The notes under the pieces: generated by a model
What the model saw: only the letters and a program-made list of their open reading frames with translations
Databases searched by the model: none
What the model was told of the DNA's origin: nothing
Program-made: the position numbers and the translations under genes
Origin: Lama glama
Taxonomy: Eukaryota
DNA: 64,000 nt
Assembly (NCBI GenBank): GCA_028534125.1
Contig: CM052816.1
Location: forward strand, 3,288,001 to 3,352,000
Direction: 5' to 3'
Shown: positions 1-62,739 of the stretch, one piece after another
Position numbering within the stretch: the stretch's first letter is position 1
Layout of the letters: each line of letters opens with the position of its first letter

Positions 1-996
1 ATCAGTCACCCGGCCTGAAGAAAGCTGTCCCTTCTCTTGGGATCTGTGAAGCAAGAGGAATTCACACTCTCCCAGTGTCTCAACTTCTCACGTAAAAAGT
101 TCAATGTTAAAAGCAGCATCCAGGAACATTAAAAATAAATTTCTGTTCTTGGTGGCAAAGGCTTGAGTTCCGTCTCATGACTCCACAGGCCCCCTAACGC
201 TGATATTTTTATTCCCCTCAAAATAACTTTTGCAAAAGGCACCTGCAAACGACCACACTGGCCTCTCTGTGGAGAGGACGCTTTTATGCTCAGCAGGGAG
301 TCACCATTAGCACGCAAGACAGCAGGTTTTCGACAGACCCCTGGGAAGGCAGAAGGCCACCAGAAGCACAGAGCAAGTGTCTAATTGGGGGACAGCAGGC
401 ACCCTGAGACTCTATGCCTCACAGAGGCATAGAGTCTCAGGCCTGGGGAGGCTCTGTGACCCACCAGCAGCTCTTTCTAACTTTTTGATTATCACTGATG
501 TAAATCAAAAGGAAACATTCATGGGTTCACTTGGATACTTTGGCCAAGAACCGAGAAGAAAAAAGATGATTTTTAAAAACACCTAATTTGTGTTTTATTG
601 TGTCATAGAATCCGGGTCTAAATCCGCCTGAGCAAGGGCTGCTGTAACAAATGACCACAAGCTTAGTGGCGTAAGAGGACAGAACTGCATTCCCTATTTC
701 AGACGTGCTCTGTGATGTCCCCTCAACAGAATGGTGGTAACACATTCTTTCAAGGTTGAGGGGAACAGGAAGGGCTGGATTCTCAGAGGCAGACATCCCT
801 TTGTTGAAAGTGCAAAAGGGCGAGGAAGAAAGTCAGGACTCTGGAAGGAAAAGGAACTTTGGGGATCATTCAGTCCCCGAAGAGTAAAGCTTCCGTTTCT
901 TTCAACTCCAGTTGGCTGACAGGGAGGCGGCATCTTGGGATGCTGTGTCTAGAAGGATTTCTGGGGCTGAGTTTCTGAGTCCAACTGGAAGGAGTG

Positions 997-1430
997 CTGT
1001 ATCATTTTCCTAGGGTTGCCAGAACAAACTACACAAACATGCTGGCTTCAAACACTAGAAATCCAATCTCTCACAGTTCTGGAAGCCGGAAGCCTGAAAC
1101 CGAGGTGCCGGCAGGGCTACGCTCCCTCCCAAGGCCACAAGGGCGGATCCTTGCATCTCCCAGCTCCTGCTGGCTCCTGGCAGTCCTTGGCTTACAGCAG
1201 CACCACTCCAACCTCTGCCTCTGTCCTCGCATGGCTTCTACCCTCTGTATCTCTTGTCTTGGTGTATAAATCTCCTCTTCCTTCTTCTTATTAAGACACT
1301 GAATTCAGGGCTCCCCCTCAATCCAGGATGACATCATTTCGAGATCCTGAACAAATTAAATCCACAAAGATCCGACTTTGAATGATGGTTGCATTCTGAG
1401 GTTCTGGGTGGGCTGAGGGAGGGACACTCA
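997..1430 (-). mobile_element. MLT1-family (ERVL-MaLR) solo LTR
   Basis: tctcacagttctggaagccggaagcctgaaaccgaggtgccggcaggg, the reverse complement of an MLT1 3' end. Confidence 0.8.
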
Positions 1431-1963
1431 AACCAAATGAGTACAAATGTCATGATGGTTTAGCCAGCCTCACGTGGGTTCTGGACTGGGCAGGGCTAGT
1501 ACTCATGTCTTCCATCTGCCATCCTGATCTAGCCAAAACCATTAGCTTTACAGCGGATGGAACTGAGGCCCAGAGAATAAAAGCGCCTTCACCAGCGTCA
1601 TACAACCAGGTAAAGCCTCAGGAGAAAAGAATGAAGAAAGAAGAGGAGACAGAGGTGGGGTAGGAAGAGGGGCGGTGGGGTGGGAGGGGATGAGGATGCA
1701 ATGACTGTTTTACCTGTGAGAGAACAGAGAAGGGCACCTTTGCATTTGAAACCACTGTCCAAAGATGGTCTAGATAGGGCAAAAAGGATAACTAGTCTAT
1801 TAGTGAGGCAGGTTGGGAGACTTTGAAGAATTAGTACCATTCTGAGGATCAATGTGCAGTGGATTGTTTGCCTTTTTTTGGCCAAAGGAGTGAGAGCTCC
1901 TCTCACTGGGCAAAAGCTCTTCCAGGCTGGTCCCTGAAACACCGTGCGTACAGATGCCTGCTG

Positions 1964-1977
1964 GTTGCCATGGTGAA
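1964..1977 (+). promoter_or_regulatory. RFX X-box-like motif in the putative FNDC9 promoter
   Basis: GTTGCCATGGTGAA versus consensus GTTGCCATGGYRAC (one mismatch). Confidence 0.5.
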
Positions 1978-1999
1978 TGATGCTGATCTGAAGAAATGA

Positions 2000-2161
2000 A
2001 TAACGTGAGCGCTGGGGGCGACAGTGGGATTACTCAGACAGTGGTGAGAGAGACACCAAGGAGAGCCCAGAGCAGAGGAGGGGAGAAGGCACCATTCCTT
2101 CAGCTGTGGACCACTCTGCCTCTGAGGGCTGCGTTCTAACCGGATCCACTGCGAGCATCAG
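2000..2161 (+). other. FNDC9: Probable non-coding first exon of FNDC9 (5' boundary approximate)
   Basis: Strong donor CAG|gtaaga at 2161/2162 in non-repetitive sequence about 2 kb upstream of the FNDC9 acceptor, with an X-box-like motif just upstream. Confidence 0.6.
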
Positions 2162-4209
2162 GTAAGAGACATAAATGGCTCTTCTTGGAAATGGAAATGG
2201 CTTTTCCTTTCACACTCTGCTTGGAGGAGGGCCAAGCAATATGGATAGCTAAAAATGGGGGGCAGGGTGGGGGGGGAGAAGTGGATTTAGGAACGGAAGC
2301 AGAGGAAGAAAAATAAATAAGGGGAAACATTTGGTCCTAAAAGCTGCAGACGCTGCGTCTTGACAGAAAGCTCTTTAAAATGTCTGCTGTGGAAAACTCA
2401 GTCTGCAAAGACAGCCGGCAAAGATGTGAGGCAAACAGAAGAGATTCATGACAAGAAACGGGATTCCTGATCACTCCTGTTGGAAGGGTTTACAAGGGCT
2501 GTTGCCTCTGTATCTTAAGTAATGAACTGAGTGCTTTTCATTGCAGTTGGATGCTTATTTACAGGGATGTGTAGGGTGCTGGGGTGGGATGGACAGGTGC
2601 CTACAAGAAGGAGACCGATGGAGAAAGCCCAAATATTCACTCCCCTCTGCAGTGACCCTCCCTGGAGGGATCTGAACGCACTTAACCTCATCCCTTTGGT
2701 CCCCTATTTTTCTGGGAAAAAAACTTCCAGGCTAACGGAAAGGAATGCTTCCCCTTCCTGAGCATTTTAGTTCACTGTCATCCTAAGAGAAGAAAAACAA
2801 GGACTGAAAAACCACTCAGTGCTGTGCACCTTCCTGAAGCTCACCTCCTCGGGGAACATGGGCACCAAGGTCAGAGGGAGGAGAGGGGAGAGAAAGCAGC
2901 TCGTAAGAGAAGTCAGTTCGGCTTAATATACAATTCAGGTTCAAATCAGATCAACTGTTCCTTTACTATGTCATTGCAATCCAAAATGAAACCTTCTGTG
3001 TTTCACGCGAGAGAAGAAGAGCAGAGAACAGAGCTGGGGGAGGGCTATATGTGAACACACAAAGGTTGAGTATGTCTGGCCTTGAATTTCAGATCAGGGG
3101 AAGTTCAGAGGAGAGGAACCATCTCTCTCAAACAGATAGAATTAGAGAGAAACTATAAAGCTTGAAGATGGCGCCCTCCTATCAAAGGGAGAGGGCTCAT
3201 GTGATTTGTCGGGAAAAACAGCAACCCAGTCTGAGTGCCGGCACCTCATTTTGCAATAACGCTCTGTTACTGAACGCAGCAGCCTTGCATGTGGCCATCC
3301 AGTGGTTCCGGGGCTTTGGGTCTTGTACTTGTTCGCTGACTGCTCCTCTCAGATTGCTCCTCTGTAAAATGGGAATCTAGCTCTGAGGCTGTGATGAACA
3401 AAGCCTATTTATTATTGTACGTGAGCTTCCAGCACGACCTGTGACAGCAACAGCTCACTAACTGCTGGCGGTTATTACCGTGGTGAACGTTCACGGTGCC
3501 AGAGGTATCAGGCAGAAGCAGTTATGCTGGTGTTCGGAGCTGATTAGCTGGACCTATGAAATTACCGTCCTAGGTAATTTCAGCTTTGAAAGAAGCAAAC
3601 AGATGGACAAAACAGGAGCAGAGGCTTTGGGGAGAAATCAGCTGACACTGAGTGACACAAATCTCCTCTCACCATGGGCGACAGAACAGGCAGGCTAAAA
3701 ACAGTGGCCGGAATGTTCTAGATGAATGAGCTCGCAGCACCTGGGGCAGAAACGGGGTCCAGAGGGAAATTCGAGGTGAAATAATTGGCTGACTTGGAAG
3801 TCACAGACCCTTGGGGACTATCGTTGAGACTCTGAGGTTCTGCTGATTTCTCCTTTCATTGCCTTTTTCCCCCTTCTTCTTTTTTCTTTTTTTAATGTTT
3901 GGGGGCAATGTTGTATTTAAAGATTCTTTAAAGGCTGGGGGATGCAGGTGCATCTCTTTTTTTTTTTAGGCCTGAAGGCCCCCCGGCTTTGGCATGAGAC
4001 AGCCCTGACTTGAACTATGGTTCTGCCATTTCTGAGCTGTTCCTCGGCAGAGTATCATCACCTCTCAGCCTCCATTTCTCCGTCTGCAAAGTGGGGGCGA
4101 TATTAGTCCGCATCTCGAATGCTCAATGAATGGTGGCTATGAGTATCAGAAACACATCCTTATGCTGGGGGGTGTCACTCTTCCCTTTGATTCTGGTTTC
4201 AGAATCGAG

Positions 4210-4902
4210 ATGAACATCGAGGTTGGGAACGTTTCTTATACGGGAGCCATCATTTCCTGGTCGTCCTCGGAGCCCTGCCTGGAGGACTATTACCATATTA
4301 TGTACAGGCCCAATTGGAACAGCATCTTCTCTGGCTATCTTCGCTACAGCTTCCACCACGAGGAGAAGGTGCCTCGAACAATCAGCTCTGTGGTGCTGGA
4401 ACACCTCACCCCTTCCACTCTCTACTTCCTGTGCATCAGCTGCAAGAAGATTCTCTTCCCTTACAGACACTACTGCACCATGTTCCACACCCTGGATAAG
4501 AGTCCGCTGGCTGCTGGAAGCTCCCTGGTGGACCCCCAAATCTCCCTTTGGGTGCTGATGGCCATCCTGCTGGCCTGCTTCACGGCCGTCTTAGCCTTCA
4601 TCTGCCTCCAGTTCTGGTGCATCCGCTGCCACGAGCCTCGATGGTCTTACAGAGCCGGCCACATGGAGGAAGCCAACGGGCTGGTGAGATGGCCAGAGGA
4701 GGCCCCCGCTCTGGGTCAGGGGGAGGAAGACCTGCAGGGGCTCCCCCTGGTGGAACTGCCGCGCAAGAACTCCGGAGCCGAGGCAGAACCCGAAGCCGCA
4801 GCCGCCGCCGCCCCGGAAGCCGACCAGGATGCCCCTGACCTGGATGCCTTGCAAAGAGAGAAGGGTGACCATCCCGTGGTAGTGCCTCATTTCGGGGAGT
4901 GA
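4210..4902 (+). CDS. FNDC9: FNDC9, fibronectin type III domain-containing protein 9 (230 aa, single coding exon; N-terminal FN3 domain, one TM helix, Cys-rich juxtamembrane segment)
   Basis: ORF MNIEVGNVSYTGAIISWSSSEPCLEDYYHIMYRPNW...LEHLTPSTLYFLCI (FN3 pattern); TM segment ISLWVLMAILLACFTAVLAFICLQFWCI; acceptor ggtttcag| at 4202, 7 nt before the ATG; nested antisense in CYFIP2. Confidence 0.95.
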   Translation: MNIEVGNVSYTGAIISWSSSEPCLEDYYHIMYRPNWNSIFSGYLRYSFHHEEKVPRTISSVVLEHLTPSTLYFLCISCKKILFPYRHYCTMFHTLDKSPLAAGSSLVDPQISLWVLMAILLACFTAVLAFICLQFWCIRCHEPRWSYRAGHMEEANGLVRWPEEAPALGQGEEDLQGLPLVELPRKNSGAEAEPEAAAAAAPEADQDAPDLDALQREKGDHPVVVPHFGE

Positions 4903-6760
4903 GAGGTCGGGAGGAGGCAGCCCGCATTACGTAGCTTAAAGCCCTCCAGGCAGTAGGTCTTCTGTAAAAAAAGCACCTGTAGACTCCCCATGTGTCTCCC
5001 CTCAAACGTCAGTGCCCTTGCAGTCATCTGGTTGGACAAATGCCCTTTGACAGAGCTTCTCGAGCACACACCGCCCGGGTGTGCTAAGAGAGGAACACGG
5101 TATCTCTGAGGAGTGCCCATTTTGGGGGAGGGGGCTCAGTGAGGAATTAAAGGCATTATTTAAACATTAAAACAACCATAAACACATTATGGCGTAGAAA
5201 GTAGAAGTTGCATGACTTAAAGAAAAGCCAACACTTCAGGGGAATTTCTGAGTTGAAGATGGACCCTAGCTGAGAAAAATACCTGGTCTCCTCTGTTGCT
5301 GGGTGGGTGGGTGGGGGTTATTTTGGAAGGATGTGAGAAGTCTTGCTCCAGAGTGTTTTCCAACTTTTAGCCAATCCCACATCACCTTGTACCTCATCTC
5401 CACTTTTTTTTTAATCTCATAGACTACCTTTACTATCATTAAGAACACATTTGCTTTAAATTAACTCACTTTTTAAACTTGTATTAATAGCCATACGTTA
5501 CTCCCCAAATGAAAAACCAACATCCTCCTGCTATCAATAGAAGGGAAGAGACATAATAAATAGAATAAAGACAAAATAATATTAAATTTGACTTAGATAC
5601 TATCGCCTACTAAAGGCACTGAGCTTAGGGCCTGCTCTCTTATCTTGGATGAAAAAGGGAGATTAGTAGTCGTTGGAGAGGTATTAAAGATATGTGCACT
5701 AATATTAAGACTTTCTCCTTGATAAAATCAGCTAGGTTTGAAAGAGAATTGAAAAGGGAGTCACTCTGTGAGCCCCTGTTAATGAACGCCACGCCTGTGA
5801 ACTATCTAAAATGCTGTCTGTAAGGGTCCCCTGATTTGAGAGAGTTGCTTTGACTGGACTGGCTGCTCTGAAGAAGACACCTACACTCTTGCAGCATCAT
5901 CGGAAGACTTCCTAAGGCCCACCCTCAGGCCCGAGGGGTGGGCACTCACCTTGGGTCCTCACACTTCCCATCCAGGGCTCCCTGCCCTGGAGGAGCACCT
6001 CTTCTGACAACGTACTATTTAGCCAGTCATCCTCTCTTCTAAGTCCATCTGTGCTTTGTGAAAATGGGGTCAAGGTGGCCATTTTTCGTCCATCACACAC
6101 AGAAAACCATTTTGGCTTTTTTGCTGCTGTGGTTGAGATACTGCACCCTTTCAGCGTCCTTCTCCCACGCAAACCCGCAAGGTAGGAAACAAATCTCCTA
6201 TATGTGTCAAAGTGTTGGGAGACTCTGTGAACCGTGCTCCCCTGTGCCCACCATGGGTGTGGAGCTGGAGCCCGAGGAGGGCGGAGATGAGTCTGATTCA
6301 ACCTCTGCTATATCCCCAGCATGGACAGTCTGCCCAGCGTCTGGCTGCACTGGGGGCTTAAGGAATGTCTGCTTAACAAATGGCAAAGGACAGAAGGTCT
6401 AGAAAGGCACCACGTGGAGGCTTAGTTAGTGTCAGGACCTGCATTGGGAAAGAAGCAGCAAAGAGACAGGAGACCTGTTTCTCAGCTCTCGCTCTGGCCA
6501 CCTGGGACTTCCTTCAAAGCCCCACCTTCCCAACTGCTTCCTGCCTGCAAATCCCCCATAGTTACAGAGCATAAAATCCCAGAACCACAGGACGACACCG
6601 CAGTGAACTGACTGAGAACAGGAGGAGACGGGCCGCCAAGACGAGAAGCCCCACACGCCTACTTCCCCGCTCGCCTCCGTGAAGTCCTCCCCAAACGCTC
6701 CTGCCCGGAATCCAGCCCCGCCAGGTCTGTGCTCACCCCCGCCCTTGCTGGTCGTGAACA

Positions 6761-6766
6761 AATAAA
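6761..6766 (+). terminator. Candidate FNDC9 polyadenylation signal
   Basis: AATAAA followed about 20 nt later by GT-rich gttgtttcc. Confidence 0.5.
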
Positions 6767-6877
6767 GATGAATATATTCTCAGTTGTTTCCGCCTGGATC
6801 TCACTGCTGCCTCTTTATCTCACACGTCTTGCTTTCCTGATTTGGGGAACACTTTTCTATTTGCTTTAGCTCATTCA

Positions 6878-56488
<49,611 letters not shown>

Positions 56489-57079
56489 TCACACGGTGCC
56501 CTCAACCTACACCTGATGTCTGACGATCTCTTTACAGTTTACAAGGTACTTTTTTATATCTATTGTCTCGACCGAGCCTCATCACAACCCTCTGATGGCA
56601 GGTGGTATCATATCCACATAACTGATGGAAAAACAAGGCTCAGAGAAGTTATAGGATGTCCATGCAACCACAGTGACCAGGAGCAAAGAACCTCAAATAA
56701 TGCCGGATGCTAGGACATGGGCCATAGTCTGCCTTTAGCTGCTATTCACGAGGACACTTATCAGTTCCACTTTCAAATTACTGCACAGCACAAATTTTCT
56801 GTGATCGAGAGAGCCAAAGATTATTAACCTGAAACCAGAGCTTGAAATTAAGCTGGAAGTAAGAGAATTCAGACTCCAGCAAACTTAACCTTACTTGCAA
56901 AAACGTCAGGGCCATTGTCTTCCTTGATCTGGAAGTATGGTATGCTTTGTGAGCCACAACAAACAAATCAGCCCTAATTGGACGGTTCTGTGTTTCAGAT
57001 GCTGGCAGAGTGCAGAGGCTTCAAAGAGAACTTTGCCAGGCAATGAGGATGAAGAGGTTCTAAACAGCAGTTACCTAAC

Positions 57080-57640
57080 TCGAGCTAATCACTGTTTTAA
57101 GAACTCAGCACCCAGCAAACAGAATACTCATTTTTTTTAAAGCATATGTGAAACATTACTTTAAAAGTGATCATGATTCAGGGTTCTCACAGTTCCCCCA
57201 AATAGGACCTCCTAGAAATCACATTCACTAAGTATGGTGCATTATAATTAGAAATCAATCATCTAAATTACAGCAAAGGAGAAACCCCATACCTATGAAA
57301 ATTTGTAAAAACATGCTTCCATGTTATTCACAAAGAGAAATTCAAATAGAAATTATAAAATATTTAGAGCTGAAACATAGAGAGCATGAATAAATATTTT
57401 AATGCATTTAGCAGAAAATAAGAAAGCAGAATTAAATAAACTGAATTTCCCCCCAAAAAAATCTAAAAAAGGATAAAAATCAACCCAAAGAAATGAGTGT
57501 GCAGGGATGGCTAATTACAAAAGCAGAAATAAAGGCAGCAAAAAAATCAAGCAAAACAAGACATATGTCAAAAACCTGAGTTTTATAAAAAGATAAATAA
57601 TAGTAATAACAAGCTAACCTTGTAGCACTTTTGAATAAGG
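57080..57640 (+). mobile_element. Degenerate L1 ORF2-region fragment
   Basis: A-rich; cagaatactcattttt...catatgtgaaacatt, ataattagaaatcaat motifs. Confidence 0.6.
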
Positions 57641-58529
57641 GAACACAGAGATGGTTGCCTGTGCTCCTGAGAGCGTCCCTCACTGCCCCCCCCCCCCGCC
57701 CCCACACCACACCCCCAGCCCCAGGGACGTGTGAGGCCCGCTTCAGGGCTGGAGTTGCAGAGTGCCAGAGAATCTGCCTGGCTCATTAGGGAACGTGTCA
57801 GAGACCAGGGCAGAAAAGGACCAGCGGCAGGAGACTGGGCCCAGGCTGGGGAGGGCAGGCACAGCTCCCGGGCGCACCCCACGCAGGCAGCCCCAGTGTC
57901 TCCTTTAGGCCCTGCTGGGAGGGCAGAAGAGGCTGAGCTTCTGATGACCACTTCACACTTCACTGAGTTCTCAGCACACCTCCCCATCATGCGCTCAGGC
58001 AACAGTGAAGCCATGTCCAATGAGGGCACGGGGACCTCAGAGGTAACTTCCTCCTCTGCCCCTGCACGCCCTCACCGAGACAGTTTCGGGCCCTCTCCAC
58101 ACCTAGGCTTCTTCCTCTGCTCTCTTCTCTGCCCTGAATGTGAAATGTGGCATTCAGCTCTACCGCAAAACCATCTGCCAGTCCACAGAGAAGACTGTCT
58201 TCTTTCTCACATTAATATTAAGTTTATTTTGCAGGAGGGGTTAGTGATCTTACAGGGCATATTGATCTACAAGCTCCAAAGCCCAAATGATCATCTTCAT
58301 TAACTCAAATAATAATAAAGCTAACATTTTTTAGCCCTTACTCCACTATCTGAATCTTGTATCAACCCTACAAAGGTAGGTACTATGATTATTCCCATGT
58401 TACAGATGAGCAAACAGAAGCTCAGGATTTAGGTAATTTTACAAGGTCAAGTGCTGGCAAGTGGTGAAGCTAGGCTTGGAACCTAGGTTTGTCCTAAAAG
58501 AAAGGCCTACAAGCAACTATCTATCCATC

Positions 58530-59600
58530 TATGTCCAAGGGACCCAGGAGCCAACTTGAGGCAGCTTCCACTGGCCAAAGATGGGGCAATCTGAGCAACA
58601 ATTAGTGCAACTCAAAGGACTTGAAACAAGATCACATATATTTAAATCCATGAGACCATAAAGACACTTAATAAAACTTGGTTTCTATGCCTCTGTTACT
58701 GCTGGAGGATGCCTGTGAACCAACTTTTTATGCTGAAAATAATAAATAAAAGGAAAGAAGCAAATGTTTAACCTGTCTTCCCTATACAATCTGGACCACT
58801 GGAAAACTGAACTGTGGAAGAGAGGGATGTTTTTCTTTATAACAGTATTTTTCTCGCCCCCAGAATTAACGTAGCCCTATTTTCCAACCCCTAATGAATG
58901 TATGGATGTAGGCACTGATCACTGACTGCTGCTAACATCACTACAGGAGGACAATCTGACGTCACGTTCCTCCTGGTGGAAAAACACATCATCAACTTAC
59001 AAAGAGTGCTGGACCCAACACAAAACACTTGAATCTAATCAAGCCTTTGATACCAACTGAGGGGAAATACAGAGGACAGACAGAACACAGTAAAATACAC
59101 CACAGCGAGGTAATCAGTAAACTACAACCTATGCGAAAGTCTGCTGGACAAGTGACTCAGTGTCTTTAACAAAGAAAGCGCAAGGTGGGGAAAAAGAGAC
59201 GGAGGGGGAGCTATACATAAGAGACTTAGACCATCACATGTGTGTTTAGCTGGTTTGACTCTTAAGTCAAACAAATCACCACAAAAATTAAATTGCGACA
59301 TTTATGAGAAACTAGGAACATTTCTCTGGCTAGTTACCAACATTGAGGAAACAGTTATTATTTTTAGATGTGACAATAATATTGAGGTTATGTTTTAAAA
59401 GAGTGCTTATCTTCTAGAAATACCTACTAAAAGATGGATCAAAGGCTACAGGGGTTTGCTTGCAAATAATACCAGAACAGGGAAGAGTGAGAAATTGGTG
59501 AAGCAAAATTAGCTCTGAATTAATGATTGTTAACGCTGTGTGATGCTCACACACAGGGATTTATGATATTTTTTTCTATCCAGTTTTAAATATGTTGGAA
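58530..59600 (+). mobile_element. Old L1 (L1MC/ME-like) 3' region
   Basis: ccactggccaaagatggggcaat...aaagagtgcttatcttctagaaatacctact motifs. Confidence 0.55.
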
Positions 59601-60869
59601 ATTTTCTGTAAAAACCCCCAGCTCAGTGTAAAACACTCCTGGCTCTAATCGAACATCCCTTCCTTCATCTTTCCTTACTCCTACTTGCCATGATCTTTGC
59701 CCTCTCCTTTCTCCTGTAACCTGGGTTTCCTCTGGGCTTCACAGACTCCAAAATACTCATTTACCAGAATAACCCTTAAGATTTTCGCCTTTAACATAAT
59801 AATACCCACCCCCTGCACTTCACTTGAAGAGAATCAATACACAAACAGCCTACAGAGCCAGTAAATTAGGAGTCTTCATTTCCGTCATAAATACAGCTTC
59901 TCTAATGGATTTCTCTGTTTGTTTGTAGATCATTCATTGCCCACGGGAGAAGGAAATCAGACATTTTTAATCCAAGTGTTGGAAGTCACTGCCAACACCA
60001 CATCAAATCAGAAAGAAAAAATATTCCGGAAATTAACAGAGGTATACATGAAAGCAAGTATTTCTCTCCCAGCCCAAGTGTTACATAATCTTCCAGAGAA
60101 GAATTCTTTATATTCAGTCTATCAACATGTGGCTAAATTGTGTTACTCTGGAAGAGAAGTTAATAAAATAGTTTAAAATTAACTGTGTTCTGGAAGCATT
60201 TGAGTATGGAGCATTCACGGCAAATTAGAATTCTTCTTCATAACAAACTTAAACTCAGTGGCCTGGTTTCACTGAGAGGTAATAACGCTGGGCTCCCAGG
60301 CAGCTGGCTTATGAGAAGGGCTGTAGGACTCCCGGGGTGGGGCTGAGATGGTTGCTAGACTCTGAGCAGGAAGGGGTGGGGGCCCACAAATGCAGGATGG
60401 GTGCAAGGAGAGCCTGGGAATGCAGGTTCTGACTCCCACATCCTAAACCCTGCTACTCTCTGAGCAAAAGATTTGTATTGTCATTTTCTGTCTCACTTTC
60501 AGAAGGAGAATGAAAAAAAGCAAGAATTTTTACATAAGTGAAAAATCAGGCTAAGTATGGTGTGTAAGCTTGAGCTATGGGTTCAGATCTGTCATCTGCC
60601 ACTTCCTGGCTATATAACCATGGGCATGCTACTTAACCTTTCTAAGATTCTGTTTCCTTAGCTGTAGAAGGGTGGTAAATAATAATAGTCCCTGCCCGCA
60701 GTGATTTATTCTGAGGATTATATAACATTACGGCACATGGCACGTTTAGCCCAAGAACAGAACAAGCACTTGGGAAATGTTAGCTAGTTGAATGGCCTCT
60801 TTTTAAGAGAGCAAATGGATGAATTAAACATTGCAACAATTCTCCTACAAAAAAAAGGAACGCATTATA

Positions 60870-61380
60870 ATTATATTCCCAAGAGAAGTGAAAATACATA
60901 TCCACACAAAAACTTGTACATGAATGTTCATCATAGCATTATTTACAATAGGCAAAAAGTGGAAACAACTCAAATGTCCAACCACTGATGAGTGGATGGC
61001 TAAAATATGTTATATCCATACCATGGAATATTATTCAGCCACAAAAAAGGAATGGATTATGGATACATGCTACAATGTAAATGAACTTTGAAAATACTAT
61101 ACTAAGTGAAAGAAGCATAATATGCTTTTTTTAAGGAAATGTCCAGAATAGGCAGACCTATACAGATACACAAGAGATTAGTCATTGCCTAGACTTGGGG
61201 TAAAGATTGGGGGAAATAGATGGTGCGAGGTCTCTTTCTGAGTTGATAAAAACGTTATAAAATTAATCATGGTGATGGCTGTATAGCTCTGTGAATATAT
61301 ATTGCAAATCATTGAACTACTGGCTTTAAGTGGGTGAACTGTAGACTATTTGAACTCTATCTCAATAAAGCTGTTGCCAA
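60870..61380 (+). mobile_element. Old L1 (L1MB-like) 3' end
   Basis: tccacacaaaaacttgtacatgaatgttcatcatagc...gaactctatctcaataaagctgtt. Confidence 0.8.
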
Positions 61381-61979
61381 AAACTGTCCGTATTTGTAGG
61401 ACTACTTTGGGGGAACTTAAGGTGTTTATAACAGGAGCAGGAATGGTGTTTGGAGGGCTGGAGCAGGAGCCCGGAAAGCCCGGGGAGGAGGATGCTGCCT
61501 CTATGCTCAGAGACTGTGCTGAATGGAAATGCACACAGTAGGAAAAATAGAGCAGTGGACACAGTCACCCCACCCCGGGGAGCAGCCCCTAGACCACAGG
61601 GTGAGCGGACCACCGTGAGGCAGCGCCCGAACCAGGCCCCTCCCCTGCCCATTTCTGTGGCACTGCCACCTGTCAGGGCCTGGGGCTGCCCCACCCAGGA
61701 AGGGAGACTCCTCAGACATAAAAATCTCCTAGGTGAGGTGATGGGCTTTGAGGTTTAGAATGAGGACAAGATTGGTCTCCTGCCCGCCACCTGAGCTCTT
61801 TCTACTATGAGGACAGTGAGGTCGAGAGATGAGAGGACTTGTGTAAGGTCACTTGGCTAGTTAGGGGCAGAGCTGGGCTAACACTGCAACTTCCTGGGAC
61901 AACAAGGGGACCCGATACAATAGCTGATATGACAGCGCTGTAAAAGAAAAAGAAGAATATTAGACAGAAGGAAAGAAGC

Positions 61980-62095
61980 AGGGAGGGAGGGAGAGAGGAA
62001 GGAAGGAGGGAGGGAAGGAAGGAAGGAAGGAGGGAGGGAGGGAAGGAAGGAAGGAAGGAAGGAAGGAAGGAAGGAAGGAAGGAAGGAAGGAAGGA
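61980..62095. repeat. (GGAA)n/(GGGA)n tetranucleotide microsatellite
   Basis: Long ggaa run preceded by mixed ggga units. Confidence 0.95.
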
Positions 62096-62739
62096 TTCCA
62101 ATTCTGCAATAAGACAAAAATCCATGTACGAAAGGAAATACAATCCAAGGACATTAGCTGGCTCTCTGGTGGTCATCATTTATACATCTTAATAATGCAG
62201 ATGCTTTAAACATGATTTAGGTTAAAACAGAGCTCTTACTATATTGAGAGATGAGGGCAATTAGGGCAGGGAGGGGCTGGTGTCAAAAGCGAAATCGTCA
62301 TCCATCGCAGCAGGAAGTGAAGAGACAACTCGTAGAACAGATAAATTAGGAAACAGCAGCACAGGCACATCGTTCAGAGATTTGGAGACAGCTACTGGAG
62401 GAAAGTGCGAGTTGAAAGCAGCAGCCCCTGGGGGAGGTGGGCCCTGGGTGCTTGTTTTTCACTAGGAGTCTTTCAGTATTATTTGATTTCTTTTAAGCAT
62501 GTGCGTGCATGGCTTTGAACCAAAATTTCAAATTTACTTGGAAAGATAACAACCCAAGGCTTCCTTGCTGGCAGCCAGATATCTGACCAGCCCACAGAAC
62601 TGTCTCAGGCCGGCTTGGCTATGTAAGTCCCTCCCTGCGGGTCTCCTGGGACCAGAGGCCCAGGCACCTGCCGCTTCTCTCCACACAGGGGACCTGAGGT
62701 CACAGCAGAAAAGTCCAAGTCAGCCTCCACCTGGTCTCT

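Noticed and set aside
4126..4209. 28-codon in-frame N-terminal extension of the FNDC9 ORF
   Set aside because: It lies upstream of a clear splice acceptor at 4202, next to MIR-like sequence, and is not signal-peptide-like. It is most likely intronic.
57731..58303. 190-aa plus-strand ORF in CYFIP2 intron 1 (likewise 14602-15147)
   Set aside because: GTG start, no recognisable homology, and composition typical of chance ORFs in GC-rich intron
61805..62179. PSFL-repeat ORFs
   Set aside because: Translation of the (GGAA)n microsatellite
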